From Dehalococcoidia bacterium (GTDB taxonomy: Bacteria > Chloroflexota > Dehalococcoidia > UBA2979): a stretch of DNA of 64,000 bases. Each line of letters starts with the position of its first letter. The first letter of the stretch is position 1. The notes below the pieces were generated by a model. That model was not told the origin of the DNA. It saw nothing but the letters and a program-made list of their open reading frames with translations, and made no database searches. The stretch covers positions 1,280,001 through 1,344,000 of the forward strand of contig OZ219871.1 in the NCBI GenBank assembly GCA_964291495.2, in the 5' to 3' direction. Below, one piece after another: positions 1 through 12,735 of the stretch. Both the position numbers and the translations under genes were made by a program.

Positions 1-2
1 GT

Positions 3-1652
3 CCGCGCTGGGGCGAGGAGGAGCGCCCGCTCACGCGCCTCGGCATCGACGTCGCGATCGCCCTCGATGTCTCGCGTTCGATGACGGCGAGCGACATCGA
101 GCCCTCGCGCGCCGAGGCGGCCGCGGCGGCGATCGACCAGCTCTTCAACCACCTGCGCGGCGACCGCGTGGGCCTCGTGACCTTCGCCGGCGACGCCTTC
201 GAGCGCTCGCCGCTGACCCTCGATCTCGATGCGGTGCGCCAGCTGGTCGCGCGGGCGCAGGAGGAGCAGGCGTTCGTGCGCCCCGGGACGGACCTCGGCG
301 GCGCGCTCGAGACGGCGCTGCGCCTGCTCGACATCGAGGACGCGGCCAGGACGCAGGTGATCGTGCTGATCTCGGACGGCGAGAACCTCGGCGAGGACCT
401 CGACGATGCGCTCGAGGATGCCGATGACGCGGGCGTCCGCGTCTTCAGCGTCGCCGCCGGCACCCCGGACGGCGGAACGATGGCCGCGCGCCGGAGCGGC
501 GACGAGGATGCGCCCACCGTGCGCCGGCCGTCAGGCGACGAGCTGAGCCGCGCCGACCGCTCGACGCTGCGGCGCATCGCCGAGGCAACGGGCGGCGACC
601 TGCGCGAGCTGGGCGAGCTGCCCGGTCTCGCGGTCGAGTTCCAGCAGCTCCGGCAGTCCGCCTTCGACCAGGGGGCGAACCGCGCACCCGTCGAGCGCTT
701 CCAGTGGTTCCTCGGCGGCGCGTTGCTGCTGCTCGTCGTGCAGGCGCTCGTCGGCGGCGGTCGCTGGCGGCGACGCCTCGGCGTTGGCCGCCTCACCCTC
801 GCGTCCGGCGTGCTGCCGGCGATCGCGCTGATTGTCGCCTGCGCCAGCGCCGAGTACGCGGCTACCGAGGACGGCCACGACGCGTACGCCGCGGGCCGCT
901 ACGACGACGCCCTCGCCTCCTATCGCGACGCCGAGGCGGTCGCGCCCGACGCCCCGGAGCCGCCCTACAACATCGGCAACACCCTGCACCAACTCGGCCG
1001 CTACGAGGAGGCCACGGTCGCCTCGACGACGGCGATGAACACCTCCGTCGATCCGCTGCTGTTCAGCCGCGCCGCCTACGCCCTCGGCAGCCACGCCTTC
1101 CGCCGCAGCGACCTCGAGGCCGCGCGCGACGCCTGGATCAGCGTGCTGTTGCGCGATCCGTCCGACCTCGACGCGAAGCACAACCTCGAACTGGCGCTAC
1201 GCCTCCTCGCCGGCCCCGAGGAGACGCCGACGCCTCCACCCGGCGGGGGCGACGGCGAGGGTCAGGGCACGGGCGAGGACGGCAGCGGGGGCGAGGAGCC
1301 AGATCCCGACGACGAGAGCGCCGACTCGTCCGGTGAGGGCGGCGGACAGCCGGAGCCCGGCTCGACACCCGACGCAACCCCGCAGGGCGACGGCGCGGGC
1401 GATTCGCAGCCGCCCTCGGACCCCGCGGACTCCGGCGGATCGCCGGCCGGTGGGCCGGGCGCGCAGGTGGAGCAGGAGCAACCCCAGACACTCGACGATG
1501 CGCGCGCGCTGCTCGCGGAGGAGGCGCTGCGGATCGGCGACGAGGTGCTCACCATCGAGGACGCGATCGCCCTGCTCGAGCTTGTCCGCCGCGCCAGCGA
1601 GCTCGAGGCGCTCGCGCCGCGCGGCGTGGCCGGTGGACCGGGGGACCGCTAG
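3..1652 (+). CDS. VWA + TPR domain protein (BatB/BatC-like fusion), 5' truncated by window edge
   Basis: The frame is open from base 3 (PRWGEE...DVAIALDVSRSM, MIDAS DxSxS), upstream of the listed ATG at 81. Also GTDLG and LISDGE motifs, TM segments, TPR repeats (YNIGNTLHQLGRY, AKHNLE) and an acidic Gly/Pro-rich tail. Confidence 0.85.
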   Translation, partial: PRWGEEERPLTRLGIDVAIALDVSRSMTASDIEPSRAEAAAAAIDQLFNHLRGDRVGLVTFAGDAFERSPLTLDLDAVRQLVARAQEEQAFVRPGTDLGGALETALRLLDIEDAARTQVIVLISDGENLGEDLDDALEDADDAGVRVFSVAAGTPDGGTMAARRSGDEDAPTVRRPSGDELSRADRSTLRRIAEATGGDLRELGELPGLAVEFQQLRQSAFDQGANRAPVERFQWFLGGALLLLVVQALVGGGRWRRRLGVGRLTLASGVLPAIALIVACASAEYAATEDGHDAYAAGRYDDALASYRDAEAVAPDAPEPPYNIGNTLHQLGRYEEATVASTTAMNTSVDPLLFSRAAYALGSHAFRRSDLEAARDAWISVLLRDPSDLDAKHNLELALRLLAGPEETPTPPPGGGDGEGQGTGEDGSGGEEPDPDDESADSSGEGGGQPEPGSTPDATPQGDGAGDSQPPSDPADSGGSPAGGPGAQVEQEQPQTLDDARALLAEEALRIGDEVLTIEDAIALLELVRRASELEALAPRGVAGGPGDR

Positions 1653-1665
1653 AGGCTCAGTCCGC

Positions 1666-4074
1666 TCAGCGTGCGAACCGGCGCAGCCACAGGCGGCGCA
1701 GCAGGATCTCCCGGAAGAGCCGGTTGCGCAGCCGGCGGTAGAGCGCGTCCACGCGGCGCACGGCCGGATCTTCCTCGTCGGGCTCCTCCGCCGGCGCCTC
1801 AGCGGCGTCGGTGGCGGGCGCACCGTAGCGCTCACGTGTGAAGGCGGCGGCGAGGATCTCGACGGGCTCCCCGCTCTCGAGCTCGCGCTTCAGCCCGGCG
1901 GCCGCCTCGAGCGGCGTGCGGTTGGCGGGGGCCGGGATGCCGGCCCAGCCCGAGATCCGCTGCAGTCTGGCCCAGCGCGCCGTGGCCGGGCTCAGCCCTC
2001 GATCGGGGAAGGCCCACGCGCCCCGCACGAGCAAGACGAGCGCGGCGACCGCCGCCAGCACCGCGATCGCCCACCCGGCGATCAGTCCGAGCGGCGCCCA
2101 GAGCGATCCGTCGCCACCGCCGACAAGGTCTCCTCGCGGTCCCCCGATGCCAGCCGGCTCCAGGCTCTCCTCCAGGAGTTCCGCCAGCTCGAGCGCAGCG
2201 ATCGCGTCGTCCGTGCCGGCCCCGAGGGGGGCGGCGAACGCGTCCCCCGCAGCGCTGCGGCTGACCAGCTCGCGCACCGGCGCCGGGTTGAACTCCACCC
2301 AGCCGTAGCCGGGGAAGAAGACCTCCGGCCAGGCCCACGAGTCCTTCTCGCTCAACACGAATGCCTCCGAGGACTCACTGAACGAGGTCTCGTCCAGCGC
2401 GAAGCCCACGGCGATGCGAGCGGGAATGCCGAGCGAGCGCAGCAGCACCACCATCGCCGAGGCGTGGTGGTCGAAGTAGCCCTCGCGGCTCTCGAACAGG
2501 AACCAATCGATCGGATCGCGTCGCGGCGGCGGGTCCGCGACCTTCAGGCTGAACGGGTAGTTCTCCCGCAGGTAGCGCTCGACCCGGAAGGCGGCGAGGT
2601 ACGGAGCATCCCCTTCCGTGGCGATGCTCGCGGCCAGCTCGCCGGCGCGGGGGGGCAGATTGTCGGGAAGCTGGAGGTAGCGCTCCGTCACCCAGCCCGG
2701 GTACTCCGTACCCGCGGACATCAGCGCGTCCACCCCGGCGACGGAGACGGAGCCCACCGCCGTGTAGCTCGTACCACTCCCGGCTCGGCCGCTCGGGCGC
2801 AGCCCGATCACGTCGTCGGGCGAGGCGCCCGTCAGGAACTTCGCCCCGATGTCGGTCGCGAGCGGCTCGCCCACCGTCACCAGGCGGCGATCGCTCAGCG
2901 GCGACTCCACATGGACCTCGACGGCGACGAGGCGCCGCTCCTGCGCCCGCGTCGCGGGCGTGCCGAAGCGCGCCGCCTCCACGGTGATCGCCGGCGGATC
3001 GATCAGCTCGGTCTCGGAAAGCCGCCAGCCGCCGCGTTCGTAGCGATCGAACACGTAGGCGCGCAGATAGGCGGGGCCCCATGTCTCCGCGGAGACGACG
3101 TACATCGTCTCGTCGTCGAGCCTGACGCGGCCCTGCAGCGGCAGGGCTCCCTCGAACTGATGGATGAGCTGTCCGTGCTTGCCATCGATCCCGATGAAGA
3201 CCTGACCGAGCGGCTGGATGCGATCGGTGATCGGGCGAATCGCGTTGCCCCACGCCCCGGCGGCGGGCTCCCAGCCGTCGCCGACCGGCACGATCCAGGC
3301 GAAGAGGATCAGTCCCGCCGCCACCCACCCGCCGGCATGGAGCACCTGCAGCGAGAGCCAGCGAGGCATCGCGATCGCCTGGCCTCGCCAGCTGCGGATC
3401 GTGCGCAACAGGTGGATGCGCGTGAACAGCAGGATCGCGGCGAAGAGGAAGACCACGAACGCCAGCGCCGGCTTTCCCGGCAGGTAGGAGATGTTGGTCA
3501 GCAGCGCGAACCCGCCCGGCAGCAGCGCCAACCAGGCGTTGCGCCAGCGGAACACCGCCCAGGCTGCGAGGTAGGGGACGAGCCAGACCGCCCACACCAG
3601 CAGCAGGACGAACGGCAGCGGGTCCGTGGAGACGCCACCCGTGACGAGCGCGGCCAGCCAGTCGACCATCCGCCCCCACAGATCGCCCCAGCGCGTCGCA
3701 AGTCCGAACCCCGTGGCGAAGGGATCGGACAGCTCCATCGTGTGCATCACCATCGCGGTGGCGACCGCGACACCGAGCGCGATGCCTACGAAGAACAGCG
3801 ACCACGGCCGCGTACCGAAGCGGGCCAGCAGCGCGCCGATCACCAGCCCGACCCCGGCCGCCACCGGCAGGGCCGGCATCTCGTCGACCCAGTTCGCGCG
3901 AGCGATCGAGATGGCCACGGAGAACTGGGCGATCGCGAGCAGCGCGAAGCTGATCCAGTCCTCCCAGAAGCGCCAGGCGGTCACGCTGCGCGGATCGGCT
4001 TCGGCGAGCAGATCGCGCAGGCCTCGGGAGCCGAAGCCTGCCTGGCGGGGCGTGCTGTCGGAGAGCGCGGTCAT
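1666..4074 (-). CDS. Membrane-anchored transglutaminase-like (TgpA/DUF3488-type) protein
   Basis: Multi-TM N-terminus and core motifs ASAMVVLLRSLGIPARIAVGF and AWPEVFFPGYGWVEF. Third gene of a MoxR-DUF58-TGase operon. Confidence 0.85.
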   Translation of the reverse strand: MTALSDSTPRQAGFGSRGLRDLLAEADPRSVTAWRFWEDWISFALLAIAQFSVAISIARANWVDEMPALPVAAGVGLVIGALLARFGTRPWSLFFVGIALGVAVATAMVMHTMELSDPFATGFGLATRWGDLWGRMVDWLAALVTGGVSTDPLPFVLLLVWAVWLVPYLAAWAVFRWRNAWLALLPGGFALLTNISYLPGKPALAFVVFLFAAILLFTRIHLLRTIRSWRGQAIAMPRWLSLQVLHAGGWVAAGLILFAWIVPVGDGWEPAAGAWGNAIRPITDRIQPLGQVFIGIDGKHGQLIHQFEGALPLQGRVRLDDETMYVVSAETWGPAYLRAYVFDRYERGGWRLSETELIDPPAITVEAARFGTPATRAQERRLVAVEVHVESPLSDRRLVTVGEPLATDIGAKFLTGASPDDVIGLRPSGRAGSGTSYTAVGSVSVAGVDALMSAGTEYPGWVTERYLQLPDNLPPRAGELAASIATEGDAPYLAAFRVERYLRENYPFSLKVADPPPRRDPIDWFLFESREGYFDHHASAMVVLLRSLGIPARIAVGFALDETSFSESSEAFVLSEKDSWAWPEVFFPGYGWVEFNPAPVRELVSRSAAGDAFAAPLGAGTDDAIAALELAELLEESLEPAGIGGPRGDLVGGGDGSLWAPLGLIAGWAIAVLAAVAALVLLVRGAWAFPDRGLSPATARWARLQRISGWAGIPAPANRTPLEAAAGLKRELESGEPVEILAAAFTRERYGAPATDAAEAPAEEPDEEDPAVRRVDALYRRLRNRLFREILLRRLWLRRFAR

Positions 4075-5327
4075 GCGTACACGCCCCCTTGATCGCCCAC
4101 GCCCACGGAGGAGAGCACCTGCACGAGGTCGTCCTGGCGCTTCACGGTGTAGGTGTAGACGCCGCCCGAGGCGAGCGTGCCGTAAACATCGAGCGAGCTG
4201 GTCGTCGCGCCGAAGGTCTCACCCTCCAGCAGCACCGCCGCCACCTTCACCCCGCGCGCGGAGAGCGACATCAGCGCCAGCGCCCAGTCGTCGCGCGGCG
4301 AGGGCGTCACGGCGACGACAGTGGTGTGCCGCCCGAACTTGCGCGACTCCTCGAGCAGCAACTGCGACAGCGACACCTCGCCGACGGCGCGAGCCAGCGC
4401 CAGCAGTTCCAGCAGGCGCGTGTAATGGTTGCCGCCGCGGCTCGGCTCGTTGACGCGCAGGTCGTTGTCGTAGGCGATCATGCCGACGGAGCGGTTCTGG
4501 GTGATGAAGTAGCGCGCGATCGAGGCGGCGACCATCACCGCCGCCTCCTCGGTGCCGTCGTCGCCTTCTCCGGAGTGGACCCCCTCCTCGAGATCGAGCA
4601 TCACCCAGATGTCGGAGGCGGGATCGAGCTCGAAGAGCTTCACCATCAGGTTGCCGGTGCGGGCCGTGGCCGGCCAATGCACGCGGCTGAGCGAATCGCC
4701 CGCCTCGTAGGCGCGCAGGCCGGCGACGTTGGGCGTGACGTTGTGCGTGCGCCTGCGGAAGCGCCCGTCACCCGGCAGGTTCGCCGGCGGCACGTGCAGC
4801 CTCGGAAGCTCGGGCGCGCTCGGGTAGACGAGCACCTCCGAGCGCACGCCGAAGGTGCGGGACATGCGGAAGAAGCCGAACGGGTCCGTCGCCGTCACCG
4901 TGACCGGGCCCAGCTCGTAGAGCCCGCGCCGCAGCGCCGGCGTCTCGTAGCGCCAGACGTCGATCCCGCGGCGGCCGAGCGTGAGCACCCGGTTCGTCAC
5001 ATGGCCCGGCAGCGTCGAGTGGTCGTGGACCTCGAGCCAGACCTTGGGCAGCCACGAGCGCGAGCGCACGATCACGCGCCCGTGCAGCGCCCGTCCGCGC
5101 GAGACGCGCTGGTCGCGGCGGCGCACCTCCACCTCGATGCCGCGAATCATCGAGCGGTTCCAGAAGTAGAGCAGCGGGATCGCGATCGCGATCAGGTAGG
5201 CGAAGCGAAACAGCAGCCAGAACCCGGTCGCGCTGGCGACGGCGAGGGTGAAGAGCGCGACGGCGATGGCCGCCGCCACATTGGGCCGGCGCGCGGCGAG
5301 GCTGGCCGCCCGCCACAGCGCGCTCAT
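4071..5327 (-). CDS. DUF58 domain protein
   Basis: RRGLYELGP..DPFG, LRAYEAGDSLSRVHWPATARTG, LMVKLFE motifs; lies between MoxR and the TGase with a 4-nt overlap. Confidence 0.88.
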   Translation of the reverse strand: MSALWRAASLAARRPNVAAAIAVALFTLAVASATGFWLLFRFAYLIAIAIPLLYFWNRSMIRGIEVEVRRRDQRVSRGRALHGRVIVRSRSWLPKVWLEVHDHSTLPGHVTNRVLTLGRRGIDVWRYETPALRRGLYELGPVTVTATDPFGFFRMSRTFGVRSEVLVYPSAPELPRLHVPPANLPGDGRFRRRTHNVTPNVAGLRAYEAGDSLSRVHWPATARTGNLMVKLFELDPASDIWVMLDLEEGVHSGEGDDGTEEAAVMVAASIARYFITQNRSVGMIAYDNDLRVNEPSRGGNHYTRLLELLALARAVGEVSLSQLLLEESRKFGRHTTVVAVTPSPRDDWALALMSLSARGVKVAAVLLEGETFGATTSSLDVYGTLASGGVYTYTVKRQDDLVQVLSSVGVGDQGGVYA

Positions 5328-5330
5328 GGC

Positions 5331-6287
5331 TCAGGCGCCGCCGCGCGCCCGCGCCCCGGGCACCGGAGTGCGCTCGATGCACTCGTCGACGATCTGCGCG
5401 CTCTCGATGTTCCGCACGCGCGCGGCCGGGCTGACGATCACGCGGTGCCCCAGCGTCGGGTAGGCCAGCCGCTTGATGTCGTCGGGCTGCACGAAGTCCC
5501 GCCCGTCGAGCATCGCGTACGCCTGCGCGGCCCGCATCAGCGCCAGCGACCCGCGCGGCGAGGCGCCCAGGTAGACGCTCTCGTGCTCTCGCGTGGCGTT
5601 CACCATCGTCACGATGTACTGCTTGATGAGCGGGTCGATGTAGACCTCGCGGGTGGCCTGCTGGAGCTCGATCACCTCCTCGGCGTTCGTGACCTGCTCG
5701 AGCGATTCGATCGGGTGCTGTTCCTGCTGGGCGTCCATCACCAGCACCTCGTCGGTGGGGTTCGGGTAGCCGAGGCGGACACGCATCAGGAAGCGGTCGA
5801 GCTGCGCCTCGGGCAGGGGGAACGTGCCCTCGTACTCGATCGGGTTCTGCGTGGCGAGGACCATGAACGGCGCGGGCAGCCTGCGCGTCACGCCGTCGAC
5901 GGTGGCCTGCCGCTCCTCCATCGCCTCCAGCAGCGCGGACTGCGTCTTCGGCGTTGCACGGTTGATCTCGTCCGTGAGCACGATCTGCGACATCACCGGG
6001 CCGGGCCGAAACTCGAACTCGCGCGACGCCTGGTTGAAGACCGCGACGCCCGTCACATCCGAGGGCAAGAGGTCCGGCGTGAACTGGATGCGCTGGAAGC
6101 TGCACCCCGTCGAGCGCGCGAGCGCCCTCGCCAGCATCGTCTTGCCGACACCGGGTACGTCCTCGAGCAGCAGGTGCCCACGGCAGAGCAGCGTCACAAG
6201 CGCGAGCCGCGCCTCCTCGGCCTTGCCGATGATCACGCGTTCGATGTTATCGAGGATGCGCTCGGAGACTTGGCGTGGATTCTCCAC
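5331..6287 (-). CDS. MoxR-family AAA+ ATPase
   Basis: [64 protein letters not shown]. Confidence 0.95.
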   Translation of the reverse strand: MENPRQVSERILDNIERVIIGKAEEARLALVTLLCRGHLLLEDVPGVGKTMLARALARSTGCSFQRIQFTPDLLPSDVTGVAVFNQASREFEFRPGPVMSQIVLTDEINRATPKTQSALLEAMEERQATVDGVTRRLPAPFMVLATQNPIEYEGTFPLPEAQLDRFLMRVRLGYPNPTDEVLVMDAQQEQHPIESLEQVTNAEEVIELQQATREVYIDPLIKQYIVTMVNATREHESVYLGASPRGSLALMRAAQAYAMLDGRDFVQPDDIKRLAYPTLGHRVIVSPAARVRNIESAQIVDECIERTPVPGARARGGA

Positions 6288-6475
6288 GTCGGCCCTCCCA
6301 ACTCTTCGCGGCCGTGCCTCGTCTCACCTCGTCAGAAGCCGTGACACAGGTGAGGCCAACGCAGCGCGCGTCAGTATAGCAGCGCGCTCCCGTGGCGCTC
6401 TCCGTGCGCGCCAGCGCGTACAACCTCTCATCGCCTCCTGCGGATAGGATGTAGGGACTCCCGGCGAGGAGGCTC

Positions 6476-7783
6476 GTGGCCGAAGACCAGACCCCTCCGC
6501 CTCCGCGCTCCGCGCGGCATGTCAGCGCCGTGAGCCTTCTGACCGCGGTGGTCGTGATGCTGCTCGTCGCCGCAGGCACCGCCGCGCTGATTCGAGGCCT
6601 CAACGACGCTCCCGAGGAGCAGCCGCCGGGTGTCCGGATCGTCCCGATCACGCGCACGGCCACCCCCGCCCCAACACCAACGCCATCACCAACCGCGACG
6701 CCGTCCCCCCCGCCGGCGCCGACCGCGACTCCTTCGCCCTCACCGACACCCTCGCCGTCACCAACTCCGACCGCGACACCGTCGCCGTCCCCAACACCCT
6801 CGCCAACCCCGACGGAGACGCCGACGCCCACCCCATCACCGACACCAACGACTACGTCCACACCGACTCCGACTCCAACACCAACCCCGTCACCCACGCC
6901 AACTCCGACACCGACGCCCACGCCGACTCCCACCCCCGTGCCGGGAGAGGTCACGACGAACCCCGGGCGCGTGGGCACGGGCAACGCGTTGATCGTGCAG
7001 GCCTCGGCCGCCGGTTCCACCCTGGCGCGGATCGAGTTCCGGGGCTCCACGTACACCCTGGTGCCGGCCGGTGACGGGTTCTGGGGCGTCTTCGCGATCC
7101 CGGTGGGCGCCGAGCCGGGCGAGGAGTCCCTGCGTGTCGCGTTCTACGACGCCAACCGCGTGCAGATCAGCGAGGCCACCGCGACATACGTCGTGTTCGA
7201 GATCGAGCGGGACGTCGAGCAGATCACGCTGCCTCCCGATGCAGCGGCGCTGCTGACCGAGGACCACGCGCAGCGCGAGGACGAGCTGCGCGCGGAGCAG
7301 TTCGCCCGCTCCGACCTCGATCCGGCGTGGACGGAGCCTTTCCTGGTCCCCGTGCGCGACGCGCAGATCACCGCGGTGTTCGGGAGCGGCCGCTCCTATG
7401 ACGGCGCGCCGGTCAGCAGCACCCACGGCGGCGTCGACTACGGTGCCAACGAGGGCGACCCGGTGCTCGCCTCGGCGCCCGGCCGCGTGAGCTGGACTGG
7501 CGCGATGCCGATCCGCGGCAACAGCGTGATCATCGACCACGGCGCGGGCGTGAAGAGCGGCTACCACCACCTCTCACGCATCGATGTCGCTGTCGATGAC
7601 GTCGTGGCGCCGGGCGACACAATCGGAGCGATCGGCTCGACCGGGGTCTCCACCGGGCCACACCTGCACTGGGAGGTCAGCGTTCACGGCGTGAACGTCG
7701 ATCCGCTCCAATGGCTCTTCAATTCGTTCCTGGCGAGCGGGAGCTTCACAGCTCCAACGACGACAGAGTCTGCGCAAGAGTGA
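6476..7783 (+). CDS. M23 family metallopeptidase with N-terminal TM anchor and Thr/Pro linker
   Basis: HGGVD (HxxxD) and GPHLHWE (HxH) motifs; long (TP)n linker. Confidence 0.9.
   Translation: MAEDQTPPPPRSARHVSAVSLLTAVVVMLLVAAGTAALIRGLNDAPEEQPPGVRIVPITRTATPAPTPTPSPTATPSPPPAPTATPSPSPTPSPSPTPTATPSPSPTPSPTPTETPTPTPSPTPTTTSTPTPTPTPTPSPTPTPTPTPTPTPTPVPGEVTTNPGRVGTGNALIVQASAAGSTLARIEFRGSTYTLVPAGDGFWGVFAIPVGAEPGEESLRVAFYDANRVQISEATATYVVFEIERDVEQITLPPDAAALLTEDHAQREDELRAEQFARSDLDPAWTEPFLVPVRDAQITAVFGSGRSYDGAPVSSTHGGVDYGANEGDPVLASAPGRVSWTGAMPIRGNSVIIDHGAGVKSGYHHLSRIDVAVDDVVAPGDTIGAIGSTGVSTGPHLHWEVSVHGVNVDPLQWLFNSFLASGSFTAPTTTESAQE
6650..6940 (+). repeat. Coding low-complexity (Thr/Ser-Pro)n repeat
   Basis: About 95 codons of TPSPTPTP-type sequence with varied codons. 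Confidence 0.85.
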
Positions 7784-8444
7784 CGATCGCCGCCGTCTCC
7801 ACGCGCAGCCTGCGAGGCCCAAGACTCACGGGCAGCGCGCCGTCCCCGATCAGCCGCTCGCGTTCCTCGGGCGTCCAGCCGCCCTCCGGCCCGATGTAGA
7901 TCGCGACGGCGGACGGCGCCGGCGCGACGCCGGCGAGCGCCTCGGCGACCGTCTCGGCCGCGCCGGGGTCGGCGATCAGCCGGAGCGCGCCGGCCGGCGG
8001 CTCTTCGCCGAACAGGGGCAGCGAGGCGCGGCCACACTGCTCGGCCGCCTCGATGGCGACGCGCCGCCAGCGCTCGACGCGCCCCTCGCCCGGCTGCAGT
8101 ACCGCACGGTCGCTCGCGAGCGGCGTGATCGCCGCGACACCCAGCTCCGTCGCCTTCTCCACGATCCAGTCGCCGCGCTGCCCGCGAGGGAAGGCGCAGA
8201 GCAGCGTGACGGCGACTGGCGGATCGGGGAGCGGATCGAGCGGCTCGCCGATTCGCAGCGTGACGCCCTCGGCCGCGACGGCGGCGACCGTCGCTTCCCA
8301 CTCTTCGCCGCTGCCGTCGAAGACGGCGAGACCGTCGCCCGGACGCAGCCGCAGCACGCTGCGCAGCCGGTGCGACTGCGCCTCCTCAAGGCACACCGCT
8401 GCGCCGCGCTTGAGCCGCGCGTCCGGGACGTAGAGCCGCCTCAC
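7746..8444 (-). CDS. rsmE: 16S rRNA m3U1498 methyltransferase RsmE
   Basis: [45 protein letters not shown] at 8444 overlaps the prmA stop. Confidence 0.93.
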   Translation of the reverse strand: MRRLYVPDARLKRGAAVCLEEAQSHRLRSVLRLRPGDGLAVFDGSGEEWEATVAAVAAEGVTLRIGEPLDPLPDPPVAVTLLCAFPRGQRGDWIVEKATELGVAAITPLASDRAVLQPGEGRVERWRRVAIEAAEQCGRASLPLFGEEPPAGALRLIADPGAAETVAEALAGVAPAPSAVAIYIGPEGGWTPEERERLIGDGALPVSLGPRRLRVETAAIVTLAQTLSSLEL

Positions 8445-9385
8445 GGGCTCGCCTTCCGTGCGACCACGGCGCACCACTCCTCGTCTTGCTCGACGGCCAC
8501 CTCCGTGAGGCCGGCGCCTCGCGCGGCGGCGGCCACCTCCTGCGCTCGATCGGCCATGAAGCCGCTGACGGCTGCCCGTCCGCCAGGACGCAGCGCCCGC
8601 GCGATCGCCGGCAGCAGCTCACACACCACGCCCGAGGAGATGTTGGCCGCCACGAAGTCGTACGCGTCCGCCGCGCCGTGCTCCGGATGGAGCGAACCCC
8701 GCGCGACCCGCACACAGCCCTCGAGGCCGTTGCGCCGCACGTTCTCGCGAGCCGCTTCCACGGCGTCCGGGTCCGTATCGAGCGCGTCGACGCGCGCGGC
8801 GCCCAGCCGCGCCGCCGCGAGCGCCAGCACCCCGGAGCCGGTACCGAGGTCGAGCACCGCATCGCCGGGCTCGCACTCGCGCTCGATCGCCGCGAGGCAG
8901 AGGCGGGTCGTCGGGTGCTGGCCGGTTCCGAACGCCTGCCCCGGATCGAGACTGATAGCGAGCTCGTCCGCATCGTCGGGCGGCTCCCATGACGGGTGCA
9001 CCACGAGGCGCCCGACGCGCAGCGTCGTGAAGTGCTCGCGCCAGAGCTCGGACCAGTCGAGATCCTCGACCGCACGGTAGCGCAGCCGGGGCAGCGGGCC
9101 ACTCAGCGGCAGGGCGGCCAGCCGCCGCCGCAGCGCGCGGCGTTCGCGAGGCGCGAGCGGCGCGGGCAGGAACGCGCGCACGACCGCCTCGCCGGGCTCG
9201 ACGGTGTAGACGAAGTCGCGCTCGTCCGAGGTTCGGATGCGCGGTTCGAGGGCGACCGCGCCCTCGGTGATCGCTCCCAGCGCGTCCGCGATGAGCTCGG
9301 CGTCGGTGAGCGCGAGCCGGACCGTCAGCTCGACCCAGGCGGCGGAGCCGCCCGGCGCGGCGCGTGCGTTCGCGCCCGCCGTCAT
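8441..9385 (-). CDS. prmA: Ribosomal protein L11 methyltransferase
   Basis: LDPGQAFGTGQHPTT, VLDLGTGSGVL, ANI motifs; downstream of dnaJ. Confidence 0.93.
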   Translation of the reverse strand: MTAGANARAAPGGSAAWVELTVRLALTDAELIADALGAITEGAVALEPRIRTSDERDFVYTVEPGEAVVRAFLPAPLAPRERRALRRRLAALPLSGPLPRLRYRAVEDLDWSELWREHFTTLRVGRLVVHPSWEPPDDADELAISLDPGQAFGTGQHPTTRLCLAAIERECEPGDAVLDLGTGSGVLALAAARLGAARVDALDTDPDAVEAARENVRRNGLEGCVRVARGSLHPEHGAADAYDFVAANISSGVVCELLPAIARALRPGGRAAVSGFMADRAQEVAAAARGAGLTEVAVEQDEEWCAVVARKASP

Positions 9386-9389
9386 GAGG

Positions 9390-10511
9390 CTAGGAGAACG
9401 CCTCCCGGATACGGCCGAACAACCCGCGATCGTCGGCCGGTAACGAGGGCGTCCCGAGCGAGTCAGCGAGCTGCTCCAGCAGCTCGCGCTGCTCCTCGGT
9501 GAGCTTCGTCGGCGTCACCACGTGCGTACGGACCAGCAGGTCGCCGCGCCCGCTGGCGCGGAGGTGGGGAACGCCTCGCCCACGCACGCTGAAGATGTGA
9601 CCAGGCTGCGTACCGCTGGGCACGTCGATCGTGACCGGATCGCCCTCCAACGTCGGCACCTCGATCTCCGCGCCGAGCGCGGCCTGCGCGGGGTTCAGCG
9701 GCAGGTCGTAGACGAGGTGATCGCCACGGCGTTCGAAGTGCTGGTGATCCTCGATGTCGAGGTCCAGGTAGAGATGGCCGGGCGGGCCGCCGCGAGTGCC
9801 GGCGTCACCTTCGCCGCTGAGGCGGATCTGGTGCTCCTCGTCGACTCCGGCGGGGATGTTCACGGAACGGGTCACGGTGTCCGCGCGGAGACCGCGACCG
9901 CCGCAGCCCTTGCAGGGGTCGGTCACCACCTCGCCGTCGCCGCCGCAGCGGTTGCACAGCGCCGAGTTCACGAAGCGCCCGAACAGCGACTCCTGCACGC
10001 GCCGGATCTCGCCCTGGCCGCCGCACTCCGAGCAGCTCGCGGGCCGGCTGCCGTTCGCCGAGCCGCCGCCGCCGCAGTCCTCGCAGCGGCCGACGCGCTG
10101 GAACTGGATCTCGCGCTCCGCACCGAAGACAGCCTCCTCGAACGAGACATTGATCGAGGCGCGGCGGTCCGAGCCGCGCTGCGGGCCGGGCCGGCGCGCG
10201 CCCGTGCCGCGGAAGAACGCATCGAAGATGTCGCCGAAGCCGCCGAAGCCCTCGAACCCGGAGAAGCCGTGCTGCCCGCCGCCGTTGAGCCCGGCCATGC
10301 CGAAGCGGTCGTAGGTGCGGCGCTTCTCCGGATCGGAGAGCACCTCGTAGGCGGCGTTGACCTGCTTGAAGCGATCTTCGGCGCCCTCGCTCTTGTTGCG
10401 ATCGGGGTGGGACTCCATCGCAGCCTTGCGGAAGGCGCGCTTGATCTCCTCCTGCGAGGCATCGCGCTGGACCCCGAGGGTCGCGTAGAGGTCGACTTCT
10501 GCGGCCATCAA
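9390..10511 (-). CDS. dnaJ: Chaperone DnaJ
   Basis: J-domain HPD, G/F region and four CxxCxGxG repeats. Confidence 0.97.
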   Translation of the reverse strand: MMAAEVDLYATLGVQRDASQEEIKRAFRKAAMESHPDRNKSEGAEDRFKQVNAAYEVLSDPEKRRTYDRFGMAGLNGGGQHGFSGFEGFGGFGDIFDAFFRGTGARRPGPQRGSDRRASINVSFEEAVFGAEREIQFQRVGRCEDCGGGGSANGSRPASCSECGGQGEIRRVQESLFGRFVNSALCNRCGGDGEVVTDPCKGCGGRGLRADTVTRSVNIPAGVDEEHQIRLSGEGDAGTRGGPPGHLYLDLDIEDHQHFERRGDHLVYDLPLNPAQAALGAEIEVPTLEGDPVTIDVPSGTQPGHIFSVRGRGVPHLRASGRGDLLVRTHVVTPTKLTEEQRELLEQLADSLGTPSLPADDRGLFGRIREAFS

Positions 10512-10582
10512 CCTCTCAGTTTACCGAAGAGTCGGGTACAGCGCGTGGGGCGCGGCCCGGACGATCACAGCGCCCCCTCCTG

Positions 10583-10704
10583 CCCGCTCTCCTGGGAGAG
10601 AGGGTTGGGGTGAGGGGGCTCGCCTCGCCGGCGCCGTCCTCGCTGGGTTGTTGGGCCCCCCGCGGCACCCTCCCTCACCCTCCGCCCTCTCCCGCGGGGA
10701 GAGG
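10583..10704. repeat. Inverted pair of REP-like palindromic elements in the dnaK-dnaJ spacer
   Basis: CCCTCACCC-N-CCCTCTC...GGAGAG at 10672-10704 (+) and an inverted copy at 10583-10618 (-). Confidence 0.65.
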
Positions 10705-10760
10705 AGACCGGAGGCGCCCTCACGTGCCGCACACCTCCGCCCGGACCGAAGACCGCGCGC

Positions 10761-12665
<1,905 letters not shown>

Positions 12666-12735
12666 CTCGTACCCCTTGTCGCGTTCCCTGTCGGTCGTGG
12701 TTCGTTCCGGGAGCAGGCTCCCGGTCTCGTCGCTC

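Noticed and set aside
6650-6940. Repetitive DNA that could be mistaken for a CRISPR array or VNTR (also about 29290-29480 and 56560-56710)
   Set aside because: They are in-frame Thr/Pro linkers with varied codons, with no repeat-spacer structure and no cas genes.
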